Part shown: piece by piece, positions 8,588 through 18,329 of the stretch
How positions within the stretch are numbered: the first letter of the stretch is position 1
How the letters are laid out: every line of letters begins with the position of its first letter
Source: Acidobacteriota bacterium
GTDB lineage: Bacteria > Acidobacteriota > Vicinamibacteria > Vicinamibacterales > 2-12-FULL-66-21
Direction of reading: 5' to 3'
DNA: 64,000 nt
Assembly (NCBI GenBank): GCA_013813355.1
Contig: JACCRT010000004.1
Coordinates: 175-64,174, forward strand
Notes under the pieces: model-generated
What the model saw: only the letters and a program-made list of their open reading frames with translations
Databases searched by the model: none
What the model was told of the DNA's origin: nothing
Translations under genes and position numbers: made by a program

Positions 8588-9891
8588 ATGGCACTGCTCA
8601 CACGACTGCGCGGCTTGCTTCAGCGACGACGGGCCGGACGTGAGGTGGACGACGAGCTGGCGTTTCATGTCGAGATGGAAACGCAGGCGAACATCGCGCG
8701 AGGGATGGCGCCAGCGGACGCCCGGCGGGCAGCACTGCGCGACTTCGGCGGCGTGGCGCAAACCCGGGAGGCGGTCCGTGACGTGCGGACGCTCTCGATC
8801 GAGTCCGTGTGGCTGGACGCATGCTACGCCGGACGGGCGCTCGGCGCCCAGCCCGGCTTCACCCTGACGGCCGTCGGGATGCTCGCCATCGGCATCGGCA
8901 TCACGACGGCCATGTTCACCGTCGTCGACTCGCTCATCCTCCGCCCGGTCCCCTTCCGTGCGCCGGACCAGCTCGCGTCCATCTACATGGGCACCGAGCG
9001 TGGCGGCCGGATCGCCGTCGCGCCGGCGGTGCTGCGTGCGTGGCGCGACAGCCCGGCGTTTGCCGGCGCCGAGTCCGCGAACGCCGCGACGGCGCTGCTC
9101 GACGCGAACGGTACCGTGGTGACCCGCGGCATCGCGCGGGTGACGCCGGGCATCTTCGACCTGCTGGGCGGCGTACGGCCGGTGCGCGGGCGGCTGTTCG
9201 ACCCCTCCGAAGGGCGTGCCGGCACCGCGGACCGGGTGCTGTTCTCGGAAGATGTCTGGCGCACCCTGTACGGCGGCGATCCGGAGATCGTCGGGCGTCG
9301 CGTCCTGATCGACGGCGAGCCGCTCACGGTCGTCGGCGTGCTCCCGTCGCAGTTCCGCTTCCCAGCGTGGAACACCGTCCTCTGGCGGCCAGTCGACTAC
9401 GACGCGCCGCCGGCCGCGCAGGCCACCGAGCGCTCCCAGGCCTTTGTCCGCTTTGCCGAACAGGTGCCACGCGAGGAGGCCCTGCGGCTCGCGACGGATG
9501 CCGCCCGCGAGGCCGATCCTTCCAACGCGAAGCTGGAGCCGCGGATCCGGCCGCTCGCAGGGGTCACGCGCGACATCTATGCCGACCGGGCGATTCCCTT
9601 CCTCGCCGGCGGCGTTCTCCTCGTCTTCCTCGTGCTCTGCGCCAACGTCTGCAGCCTGCTGCTGGCGAGATTGACGACGCGACGGCGGGAGTTCAGCATG
9701 CGCGCGGCGCCCTGGCCGCCGCCGCGCTCGCGCGTGTATTCGAGTCGATGCAGTACGGCGTCGCCGTCTCGGATCCGCTCAGCTGGGCGATCGTCCTGGG
9801 CCTGCTCGCGGCCACGACCCTGGCCGCCGCCTGGCGCCCGGCGCGTGCAGCCGCCCGCATGGACCCGGTGGTGCTCTTGAGAGAAGAATAG
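8588..9891 (+). pseudogene. ADOP-type (MacB/FtsX-like) permease with a large internal deletion and a frameshift
   Basis: Typical N-terminus (ELAFHVEMETQANIARGMAPADARRAALRDFGG), TM1 and a MacB-like periplasmic domain, up to LARLTTRRREFSMRA at about 9700. The reading then jumps to another frame that encodes only the extreme C-terminus (ALAAAALARVFESMQYGVAVSDPLSW...WRPARAAARMDPVVLLREE-stop). It spans about 434 codons, whereas this family normally has two FtsX halves. Confidence 0.75.
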
Positions 9892-9998
9892 CGTCACCCG
9901 TGTCCGGCCGCGGCCGCGTGCCCGGCATGGATCGGACGCGACGCTCGTGAGTCGCATCCGGCGCCGATCGGAGACGCCTGACGCAACGCGGCGTGCTG

Positions 9999-10335
9999 TC
10001 AGCGTTCCACGTTCGTCAGCATGATTTCGGTTCTGGCGACGTCCCTCTGTGGGTAGACGAGCCATGTGCCGTCGTGTGAGATCGTGAAACCACAGCCGCT
10101 GTCGGGTCGTGTCCGGTTCGCGGCGTCTGAGAGTCTTCTACATATCAGGAACTCGTAGGCGCGTTCAACGCGCAGCACAGCGATTACCGCACGATTCTGA
10201 TGGGAGACGTTGGTCATTCGACCGCTCGGCGAGACGCGCCTCCTCCGGGGCCGGCGAGACGGGCGCGGAACCGCCACACGCAGCGGTCAGCACGAGGGCG
10301 ACTGCGACGACGACAATTGCGGCGGCACATTGAGG
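9999..10335 (-). pseudogene. Decayed lipoprotein/PD40-repeat gene remnant
   Basis: One minus frame carries a lipobox-type signal without a start codon (AAAIVVVAVALVLTAACGGSAPVSP). A second frame carries PD40-like ends (VSPSGRM..., GFTISHDGTWLVYPQRDVARTEIMLTNVER-stop). Confidence 0.3.
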
Positions 10336-10388
10336 CTTTCTGGTCTCCGTAGGGGAAAAAGGGGCCGGCGCACCCGCGCCAGGTCGGG

Positions 10389-10775
10389 CTACGCGATGAT
10401 GGCACCGCGTTCCTGCAGCACCTGCCGCAGGATCGAACGGTGGCACCGCCCCTCGTCCTTGCAATAGCAGCCCACCGAGAACCGCGTCTGGTGCGAGAGT
10501 GCCGCGAGCAGGTCGAGCAGCCGCGACTGGTCGGGCCTCTTCAGTTCGGCGCGGTAGCGCCGCTCGAACCGCTGCCACGCGCGCTCGTCGTCGGCCAGCC
10601 GGGCCTGCGTGAGGAGCGCCTCCGACGGCGCGAGCTCCGGCAGCCACACGTCGTAGAAGTTGCGGGCCGCGTGCTCTGCCTTCGGTACACCGCGCGGCGG
10701 CCGCCGCACGGTGCCGATGCGCAAGCCCTCGTCGCGCGCGCGATCGGTGCCCAGTTGAACAATCCGGATCGGCAT
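10389..10775 (-). CDS. DUF488-family protein
   Basis: Internal ATG at 10775 (MPIRIVQLGT...). DUF488 pattern RIGTVRRPPRGV...YDVWLPELAPSEALL...CYCKDEGRCHRSIL. Confidence 0.8.
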   Translation of the reverse strand: MPIRIVQLGTDRARDEGLRIGTVRRPPRGVPKAEHAARNFYDVWLPELAPSEALLTQARLADDERAWQRFERRYRAELKRPDQSRLLDLLAALSHQTRFSVGCYCKDEGRCHRSILRQVLQERGAIIA

Positions 10776-10886
10776 GGGATTTCCTGCGGCCGCAGTATAC
10801 GCCGCGCGCGGACGGTCATTGCGGTGCATGTGCGTGGGTATACACGGCGGCGCTGCGGTGAACGGCAGCCGCTGGCAGGTCTCCCT

Positions 10887-11369
10887 CTACCCGGCCGCCG
10901 GCGGCTTCCCGGGAGCGGCCATGTGCATGTCGAATGCGCCCTCGCTTTCGAAGAAGAACACGCAGTCCGAGGCCTTGTCGCAGCTCGTCGTGTGCCGATA
11001 GTTGCCCCCAGGCTGGAGGAAGTAGGAGCCTGGTCCCAAGCGGAACTCGGGTTTGCCTTCGGGCGCCTGGATGTAGGTGCCCGAGACAATCACGACCTTT
11101 ATCTCGTGGGTGTGCGTGTGGAGTGGCGCCGCGAATCCGGCGGGCAGCCTGAGGAACGCGCCGAAGCGTCCCTTCTGATGGTCACCCCAGAGCGGGGCGA
11201 TCTTCACCCCCGGGGCGCCCTCTGGATCGAGGTCGGCCCATTCGAGCTCGGCGGCCGGCATAACCGTGGGGCTCGGGGACTGTGTGCCCTGGTCGCCGGA
11301 GAGGTGCGGCGTCAGCGTGGTTGCGAGAACGAAGAAACCCAGGCCCGCCAGGATGGATCGTGCGCGCAT
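10887..11369 (-). CDS. Secreted cupin-domain protein (DUF4437/ChrR-like cupin)
   Basis: AGGAGG lies 5 nt before the ATG. Signal peptide MRARSILAGLGFFVLATT. Cupin core KIAPLWGDHQKGRFGAFLRLPAGFAAPLHTHTHEIKVVIVSGT. Confidence 0.75.
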   Translation of the reverse strand: MRARSILAGLGFFVLATTLTPHLSGDQGTQSPSPTVMPAAELEWADLDPEGAPGVKIAPLWGDHQKGRFGAFLRLPAGFAAPLHTHTHEIKVVIVSGTYIQAPEGKPEFRLGPGSYFLQPGGNYRHTTSCDKASDCVFFFESEGAFDMHMAAPGKPPAAG

Positions 11370-12427
11370 CTCAGCCTCCTTCTCTTCGTGCAGGTCGTCG
11401 AGTGGGTGTCCGTCTGCCGGAAGGCGACAGCTTACCCGGAGATGAGCGGGAGCGGCAACAGAAACCCCAGGATGCTGCTGTGTCGCTTCCCGGCGCTCGG
11501 CTCCATCACGTGAAGGTCATGAAGCACGGCCGTGAACGCGTCGCGCCGCCGGAGAAACTCGAAACTGCGCCGTCAGGTCGCTGACCTCGCCGTTCAACGG
11601 CCTGTCATGGTCGATCCAGTACCCGCTGCGGTTTGTCGTACGCGATCACCTCGGCGCGCGCTGCAGCCGACGAGCGACGCGTCCACTGACCGCGACGATG
11701 CGATGCGGTCGTCAGCGCGGCTTGCGGCTGAAACGCAGGACGTGAGCCGCACGGGAAGGAGGTCATCATGACGAACTGCGCAGGCTGGTTACGGAGGCCG
11801 TTTCCGGTTCTGCTGGATCGTTGACCGTTCGGCGGGAGTGATAGCTTGCGGGCTTGGCGCGGGTTACTTGCAAGGGCCTGGTGTGCACGATCATGCCGAG
11901 CAAGGGCGGCGTGATGCTGGGGATAGTCCGATGAGCAGAGCTCCCCGACCCCATGCATAGTCTCGCAGGCAGTGGCAAGGTTCACCGCCACGTCGCGCTC
12001 AAGAGTCGCGAGGATCTCAAGAAGCCGGGGCTCAAACCGCTTCTCAAGGCTGCCGTCGTCGCCTGGAAGCGAAGAACAACGGTCGGAGGCTGAGGGGGCG
12101 TTCCTGCCATAGGAGTACCGATTCCACGCCTGAGGCTCGAACAGCCCCGCAAGCTGACGTCACCAGAGGACCGCGGCCTCGGCTTCGTCGCGTCCACGGG
12201 TGACCGGGACCTGCTGACCGTCGAGACCAGCCGCGGCGCGGAGCAGACCGCCAGCACGGCCAAGTACGAAGTGACCGGGCGCGGCAGCAAGGGGCGAGAA
12301 CTCCTGCAAAGAGGCCAGTTCACCCGGGTGATCTGGCCGATCCCGGACGCGCCGCAGGGGTTTGAGGAGTAGGTCTGCTGCCTGCCCGTGTTACTCGGGT
12401 GCTACCGCATCGGATTAGAATGGCCGA

Positions 12428-12655
12428 ATGAGAACCACCCGCCAGATGACCGCGATTATCGAGCGTGAGGACGAGGGGTATGTGGCGCTCTGCCCTGAGC
12501 TCGACATCGCCAGCCAGGGTGACACCGTGGAGTCAGCGCGCCGAAATCTAATCGAGGCGCTGGAGCTCTTCTTCGAGTCCGCCGATCGGTCCGAGATCGA
12601 ACGGCGACTGCACGGCGAAGTATTCATCACGCGGGTCGAGATCGCGATTGGGTAG
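12428..12655 (+). CDS. hicB: HicB-family antitoxin (UPF0150)
   Basis: MTAIIEREDEGYVALCPELDIASQGDTVESARRNLIEALELFFE is the classic HicB N-terminal fold signature. GC content is visibly lower than in the surroundings. Confidence 0.85.
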   Translation: MRTTRQMTAIIEREDEGYVALCPELDIASQGDTVESARRNLIEALELFFESADRSEIERRLHGEVFITRVEIAIG

Positions 12656-12878
12656 ACGGCGTGTGCTTTCGGGCGCCGAAGTCTGCGAGACTCTCCGCTC
12701 GCAGGGCTTCGTCGAGGTCCGCCGGCGCGGCAGTCATGTCGTCATGCAGAAGCGGACCGGCGGTACCACAGTCACCGTGCCGGTGCCGGACCACGACGAG
12801 CTAAAAGCCGGCACGCTTGCCAGTATCATCAGGCAGTCCGGGCTGTCCAAGGATCTCTTCTTCAAGGCGAATCGCTGA
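12648..12878 (+). CDS. hicA: HicA-family mRNA interferase toxin
   Basis: LSGAEVCETLRSQGFVEVRRRGSHVVMQK...VPVPDHDELKAGTLASIIRQSGL is the HicA dsRBD-like signature with the GSH motif. It overlaps hicB by 8 nt. The start is TTG at 12648 or GTG at 12663. Confidence 0.85.
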   Translation: MGRRRVLSGAEVCETLRSQGFVEVRRRGSHVVMQKRTGGTTVTVPVPDHDELKAGTLASIIRQSGLSKDLFFKANR

Positions 12879-12995
12879 CCAGCGCATCGATCTTCGGCGT
12901 CGGTCGGGCCGCGGCTTGATGCCGGGTCGTGGGTACGGGCGCGTTGGCTGAAACGGGGTCACGCGAACTCCCGGGCGACCTTCAGCTGCGCCTCG

Positions 12996-13373
12996 GTGAA
13001 GCGCTTCTTCGGCGCCGCGCTCAATATCGAGGAAGGCGGCTCGCTGACGATCGTCGCGACCGCGCTGGTCGACACCGGCTCGGGCATGGATGAAGTGATC
13101 TTCGAGGAGTTCAAGGGCGCCGGCAACATGGAGATTCGCCTGGATCGCAAGCTGACCGGTCGCCGCGTGTTCCCGTCGATCGACATCCAGAAGAGCGGGA
13201 CGCGGAAGGAAGAGATCCTCATCTCGAAGGAGGACCTCAACCGCGTGTGGGTGCTCCGCAAGGTCCTGACGCCGCTGTCGCCGGTCGAGGCGATGGAACT
13301 GCTGCTGTCGAAGATGGCCCAGACCAAGAACAACGCCGAGTTCCTGGGGTCCATGGCCAACGGCGGGCGGTAG
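12996..13373 (+). pseudogene. rho: 3-prime fragment (last ~125 codons) of transcription termination factor Rho
   Basis: [75 protein letters not shown]...NNAEFL aligns with E. coli Rho from about residue 298 to the end. In-frame sequence immediately upstream ([12 protein letters not shown]) is unrelated to Rho. There is no SD sequence, and the N-terminal RNA-binding and P-loop parts are absent. Confidence 0.85.
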
Positions 13374-13588
13374 CGGACGACGGTGGCGGGGCGTTCCGCG
13401 GAGGCGAGGATGTCCGATTCCACAGCCCTGGAGCGAGTCGAGCAGGCGCTCGCCGGCATGAGCCCCGGCGAGAAGGCCCGGCTCCTGCAGAAGCTGGCCG
13501 GCCCGCTGCCTTCGGGTTGCGAGATAGAGTATTATTCCGCCTTGGCATAACTTGACGGAGTAATGCTCCAGGAAGTGGGCGAGGAGGC

Positions 13589-15802
13589 GTGGTGGGTGGC
13601 AAGTTCCTGATGGCTTTCCTGGCGCTCTCGATCGGCGGGGTCGCGCTCGCCCCACCCTGCGCGGAAGCGGCACCGGACGGAATCGCCGTGACCGCGAGCC
13701 ATCGCCGGGCGCAGCCGGGCGACCGCATCGAGGTGACGTTCGCCGGCACCGGCGAGATCCGCGCCGTGCTGGTGGTTCCCGGCGGCGGAACGCGCGACCT
13801 GACAGTCGAGCGCCGCGCGAGCGGCGGTGCGCGGACGCTCCTGGACCTGCCGCAGGACGCCGCCGAGGGGTTGTACATCGTGCACGCCTGGCGCGGCCCC
13901 CGGGCGGCACCCGCGGCCGTCGGCAAACGCTCCTTCCTCGTCGGGCGCATCGTCGTCGACTTCTTCATATCGAGATACCTCGATAGCCGGGATCCCGCCG
14001 GCGACCTGGGCGCCTACCTGGACGACTTCGCGGGCGTCGGCGGCAATGCGGTGATCGCGCACGCGCTCATCACGCCGGAGCAGGCCTACTTTCCCTCACG
14101 GATCGCGCGCACGCCCATCACCCCCGGATCCCCCGACGACGCGGTGGAGGCGCTGCTGGCGCAGGCGAACCGGCGCGGGCTGGCCGTCTTTCTGTCGGTG
14201 AGCTGGGACATGACCAGGAGGACACCGTACAAGGGGCGGATGGCGGAGATCACCGCACTTATCGACGAGCTCTACGGGCTCTACGCGCACCATCCATCGC
14301 TCGCCGGGTTCTATTCCTATCAGGAGGGCAGCGGCACGTACTACGTGCCGTACGTGCGCGAGTTCACCGCGCACGTGAAGCACGTCCACGACGGGCTACT
14401 CACGTCGGTCGCGCCCTTCCTGGACGATCCGCTACTCGCCGGCTATCTCAGCACCGTCGACACGCTCGACATCGTGATTTACCAGGGCATGGTGATGGCG
14501 AGCTACCGGACCGATAACCGCAAACTCTTTCCGATCCGGCGGGTCCGCGACTTCGCGGCGCTCGGTATCGGAGCGAAGTGGCTGCAGGACAAGTTCGCGG
14601 TCGTTCACGTCGAGCTGTTCGCGTACCTCGAGAAGCGCCGGGCGCCCGGCGTGCTGGCGGCGGCGTACGAGGACATCTACCGGCAGATCCTCAGCGTCGC
14701 GACGGCCGCCGGGTCGGACGGCATCGCGCTGTTCGCGTACGGGCCGCACATCCATGCCGCCCGCGCAGAGCCGCTCGTTCAGCCGAGCCGGGAGGCGGTG
14801 CGCGACGGGCTGGCGATGTTCGGCCTGGTGACCGGCGACATCAGCGCGCAGCCGTATCCGCTCGCGGTATACATCCCGTACTCCGACTGGATCGTCGAGC
14901 GCTGGACGCAGAACCTCGTCCCCGCCTTCGACGCGTTCCGCCGGGCCGGCGTCGCGGTGGACGTCCTGCCCTACGCGCCCGCGATCGAAGAGTCCCACTA
15001 TCCGTACTTTCCCTTCCACATGAACCCCGACGTGCTGGACCAGCTGCTGCGAACGCGGCGCGTCCTGGTGCTGACGGACATCTCGGGATTCCAGCAGACC
15101 GACAGCGATCTGATCGACGCCTTTCTGAAGAAGGGCGGAACGGTGGTCGCGCTCGGGCCACAGATTCCAATGGGCCGGACATTCGATCGTGACGAGGTGT
15201 TCGGCGGGCGCGAGATGGGCACCGCCTCGCGCACGTCCATCCGCGCGCGAGAGCGCATCAGCCGCCGCGTGGAGCCGGGCACGACGCGGCGGTTTTCCGA
15301 ACACGTGACGCTCCCCCTCTGGGAGGCCACCTCCGGGCGCGTGCTCGCGGCGTTCGAGGATGGAACGCCGGCGGCGCTCGCCAATCGGTACGGCGAGGGG
15401 CTGGCCATCAGCGTCCTGGCGCCGGCCTCGCGGCTGGCCCTCGACTTTCCCGAGCTGCTGCGGGACGTCTTCGATCTCGCGCTCGACCATGCCGGACACC
15501 CGCCGCTCCCCGACATCGCCGGCCTGACGGAAGAGAGCGACATTGCGGTGCGGCGAACGCCCGACGGTGTCGGGATCGCGATTGTCAACCACGCCGCGCA
15601 GCCGCAGCGCGTCGAGATCTCGGCGCCTGCCGGGCGGGGGGCCTGGACGGATGCGGCAGGCGGAGCGGATCTGCCGGTCGACGCGCACGGACGCCTCACC
15701 ACAACGGTGCCACCGCACGGGATACGCGTGCTTCGGTTCCGAGAGGAGGTTTCGCCAGCCGCCGGGGAGCACCCACAGGCCCAGAAGAGGCCGCGGCCAT
15801 GA
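13589..15802 (+). CDS. Secreted DUF4434-like (glycoside-hydrolase-fold) protein with a C-terminal beta-galactosidase-trimerisation-like domain
   Basis: Signal peptide. DUF4434-type pattern (GGNAVIAH...YFPS...LLAQANRRGLAVFLSVSW...LYGLYAHHPSLAGFYSYQEGSG...SVAPFLDD...LDIVIYQG). The C-terminal half resembles GH42-type trimerisation/GATase-like modules. Confidence 0.6.
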   Translation: MVGGKFLMAFLALSIGGVALAPPCAEAAPDGIAVTASHRRAQPGDRIEVTFAGTGEIRAVLVVPGGGTRDLTVERRASGGARTLLDLPQDAAEGLYIVHAWRGPRAAPAAVGKRSFLVGRIVVDFFISRYLDSRDPAGDLGAYLDDFAGVGGNAVIAHALITPEQAYFPSRIARTPITPGSPDDAVEALLAQANRRGLAVFLSVSWDMTRRTPYKGRMAEITALIDELYGLYAHHPSLAGFYSYQEGSGTYYVPYVREFTAHVKHVHDGLLTSVAPFLDDPLLAGYLSTVDTLDIVIYQGMVMASYRTDNRKLFPIRRVRDFAALGIGAKWLQDKFAVVHVELFAYLEKRRAPGVLAAAYEDIYRQILSVATAAGSDGIALFAYGPHIHAARAEPLVQPSREAVRDGLAMFGLVTGDISAQPYPLAVYIPYSDWIVERWTQNLVPAFDAFRRAGVAVDVLPYAPAIEESHYPYFPFHMNPDVLDQLLRTRRVLVLTDISGFQQTDSDLIDAFLKKGGTVVALGPQIPMGRTFDRDEVFGGREMGTASRTSIRARERISRRVEPGTTRRFSEHVTLPLWEATSGRVLAAFEDGTPAALANRYGEGLAISVLAPASRLALDFPELLRDVFDLALDHAGHPPLPDIAGLTEESDIAVRRTPDGVGIAIVNHAAQPQRVEISAPAGRGAWTDAAGGADLPVDAHGRLTTTVPPHGIRVLRFREEVSPAAGEHPQAQKRPRP

Positions 15803-17139
15803 GCGACCTTACCCGTCGCGAGTTGCTGGCGGTGGGCGGGGCCGCGGCGGCGTGGGCCGCAGCTGTTCCCCCGGCCTTCGCCGTGCCGGTCGACCAGCCG
15901 CGGTCACCGGTCTCGACGCTGGCGGGCCTGTCCCTGCGGGAGCTGCGCGACTGGTATCGCCGCGAGCTGTTCGACGGCTACCTCCCGTTCGTGGACCGCC
16001 ATATCGTCGACCGCGAGTACGGCGGGTTCCTGTGCTCGGTCGATCCGCAGGGGGCGCTCGCGTCGACGACGAAGAACGCCTGGATGGACGGACGGGGGCT
16101 ATGGGTGCACGCCTTTCTCTACAACCACTTCGGCCGCGACGCCCGGCAGCTCGACATCGCACGAGGGGCGGTAGAGATGCTGCTCCGCGTCGGGCCCTCC
16201 GGGCCGGACGGGCTCTGGCCGAAGCTCTACACGCGCGAGGGACGTCCGACCTTGTTCTCCGAGGGAGAGATCTATGGGGACCTGTTCGTTGCCGAGGGGC
16301 TCGACGAGTATGCCGCCGCGACGGGCGAGGAAAAGCAAGCGCGCACCGCGCGCGATCTGCTGCTCAAGTGCGTGGCCATGTACGACCGGCCTGACTACCG
16401 GCCGACGATCGGGCAGACCTATCTCGGCGCCGACGCGCGGCCGTTCCCCGGCGCGCGCATCCTTGGCGTCTGGATGGTCCTGCTGCGGGTGGCGACGCAG
16501 ATGCTCGAACACCGCCCCGATCCCGACGTGGAACGCATCGCCGACCGCGCCCTCCAGGCCGTTTTCGATCACCACTTGAACCCAGCCTTCGACCTGCTCA
16601 ACGAGCTGCTGAACCACGACCTGTCGCGGCCTGCCGACGAATACGCGCAGCTCGTCTACACCGGCCACGCGATCGAGATCCTCTGGATGGTGCTGGCCGA
16701 GGCGCGCCGGCGGCAGGATCGCGCCCTGTTCGACCGCGCGTCGGCGGTCTGCCGGCGGCACCTCGATGTCGCGTGGGATCCCGTGTACGGCGGGCTGTTC
16801 CGGAACCTCCAGCACGTGGATCGTCACGTGTGGCTGGTGGACAAGGTCCTCTGGGCCCAGGAGGAGGCGCAGATCGGGCTGCTGCTGATCGTCGAGGAGA
16901 CGGGCGCCGAGTGGGCGCGGGAGGCGTTCGCCAGGTTGCACGGCTACATCACCGCCACCTACCCGCTCCGCGCGCGGGGCCTCGACTCGCCGATGTGGAT
17001 CTACGCCGCGGATCGCACGGTCAGCCTCGAATCGTTCCGCCGGATGCCGGCGCGGCTCGAGAACTACCACCATCCGCGCTACCTGATGCTGAACCTGCTG
17101 TCCCTCGATCGGCTCATCGATCGACAGAGGCGGCCCTGA
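15799..17139 (+). CDS. Tat-exported AGE-superfamily (alpha/alpha)6-barrel protein (N-acylglucosamine 2-epimerase-like)
   Basis: ATGA overlap with the upstream gene. Twin-arginine leader MSDLTRRELLAVGGAAAAWAAAVPPAFA. AGE-like blocks (EYGGFLCSVD, NAWMDGRGLWVHAF, GDLFVAEGL, YTGHAIEILWM, DPVYGGLF, KVLWAQEEA). Confidence 0.65.
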   Translation: MSDLTRRELLAVGGAAAAWAAAVPPAFAVPVDQPRSPVSTLAGLSLRELRDWYRRELFDGYLPFVDRHIVDREYGGFLCSVDPQGALASTTKNAWMDGRGLWVHAFLYNHFGRDARQLDIARGAVEMLLRVGPSGPDGLWPKLYTREGRPTLFSEGEIYGDLFVAEGLDEYAAATGEEKQARTARDLLLKCVAMYDRPDYRPTIGQTYLGADARPFPGARILGVWMVLLRVATQMLEHRPDPDVERIADRALQAVFDHHLNPAFDLLNELLNHDLSRPADEYAQLVYTGHAIEILWMVLAEARRRQDRALFDRASAVCRRHLDVAWDPVYGGLFRNLQHVDRHVWLVDKVLWAQEEAQIGLLLIVEETGAEWAREAFARLHGYITATYPLRARGLDSPMWIYAADRTVSLESFRRMPARLENYHHPRYLMLNLLSLDRLIDRQRRP

Positions 17140-17228
17140 CGAATGCATGACCTGCCACACACGCGATTGAGTAGTGTCTCGCTTCTCGCGAGATGTGGAG
17201 CGGTACACCACCCATACGAGGAACGATC

Positions 17229-18116
17229 ATGGCGGATCTCTCCCTGTTTCACGGACCCGTCGGCGCATTGTTCGCGAGGCCAGGCGCACCCGGTGACTGG
17301 GCGCGCTACCGTCTCTCAGACGTCCAGGTGAGCTTCTTTCACGAGCATGGTTATGTGGCAGGGATCCGTGTGCTCAGCGATGAGCAGGTGGAAACACTCC
17401 GCGCCGAGCTCACGCGCCTGTCGGATCCTGCACATCCCGGCAACTCGCTGTTCTACGAGTTCAACTCGAACGAGTCCGCCGATCCGTCGACGGTACTGTT
17501 CCATGCGCTGGGGGCGTGGCGCGTCTCAAGCGGCTTCCACGATCTCTTGTGGAACCCGGCGTTCCTCGTCCCTGCTGCGCAGCTCCTCGGCGGCGCGGTC
17601 CGCTTCTGGCACGACCAGCTGTTCTGCAAGCCACCCCGCCACGGTGGCGTGGTCGCCTGGCATCAGGACTATTCGTACTGGACGCGTACCCAGCCCATCG
17701 CGCACCTGACCTGCTGGATTGCGCTGGACGACGCGACGAAGGAGAACGGCTGTCTGCAGTACGTGCCGGGCAGCCACCGCTGGAGCCTGCTGCCGAAGAG
17801 TGGCCTCGCGGGTGACATGGACGCGATCAACGCCGTGCTGACCGAGGATCAGCGCGTGCGGTTCACGCCGGTCCCCATCGAGCTGCCGCGCGGCTGGGCA
17901 TCGTTCCATCACCCACTGATGGTGCATGGCTCCCCGGTAAACCTTTCGGAGCGCCCCCGCCGTGGCGCGGTTCTCAACGTTGTGCGCGATGGTGTGTGGT
18001 CCGCGTCGGACGAACCGCTGCTGCAGGGGGTGCCTCCGATTCCTGCGGGCGCGCCGCTGGGCGGCCGGTTCTTTCCGCTGCTGTTCGATCCCGCCGCGAT
18101 GAGCGAGGACGCCTGA
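17229..18116 (+). CDS. Phytanoyl-CoA dioxygenase (PhyH)-family Fe(II)/2-oxoglutarate oxygenase
   Basis: ATG at 17229 follows GAGGAA. PhyH pattern FFHEHGYV...[10 protein letters not shown] (HxD)...[12 protein letters not shown]...[14 protein letters not shown]...RR. Confidence 0.8.
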   Translation: MADLSLFHGPVGALFARPGAPGDWARYRLSDVQVSFFHEHGYVAGIRVLSDEQVETLRAELTRLSDPAHPGNSLFYEFNSNESADPSTVLFHALGAWRVSSGFHDLLWNPAFLVPAAQLLGGAVRFWHDQLFCKPPRHGGVVAWHQDYSYWTRTQPIAHLTCWIALDDATKENGCLQYVPGSHRWSLLPKSGLAGDMDAINAVLTEDQRVRFTPVPIELPRGWASFHHPLMVHGSPVNLSERPRRGAVLNVVRDGVWSASDEPLLQGVPPIPAGAPLGGRFFPLLFDPAAMSEDA

Positions 18117-18258
18117 TGCGCCGAGCCTGCTGACGCTGGAGTGGCTGCTCACGCAGTGATCAGTGGCGACGACGATAGCAACGGCTGACGCGCGCCTGCC
18201 GCGAGACGACGCGGATCCTGTGCTGAAGGCCGCCCGGGGAGCGTGGCAACGAATATCC

Positions 18259-18309
18259 TTGACATGAGCCGTGGAGTAATACTACACCATAGACTCATAC
18301 TACGGAGTA
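18259..18309 (+). promoter_or_regulatory. AT-rich promoter/operator-like tract upstream of the RpiR regulator
   Basis: TTGACA at 18259-18264. Block-swapped repeats GGAGTA-ATACTAC (18273-18285) and ATACTAC-GGAGTA (18297-18309). GC content here is far lower than in the flanking sequence. Confidence 0.4.
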
Positions 18310-18329
18310 GCACATCACCGGAGAGTGCC

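Noticed and set aside
7792-8601. 269-aa minus-strand ORF across the padR region
   Set aside because: It is antisense to the canonical PadR gene and Arg/Pro-rich.
12801-13968. Minus-strand ORFs of 166-369 aa overlapping the rho fragment and the start of the DUF4434 gene
   Set aside because: They are antisense to a fragment with unmistakable Rho homology. No motifs.
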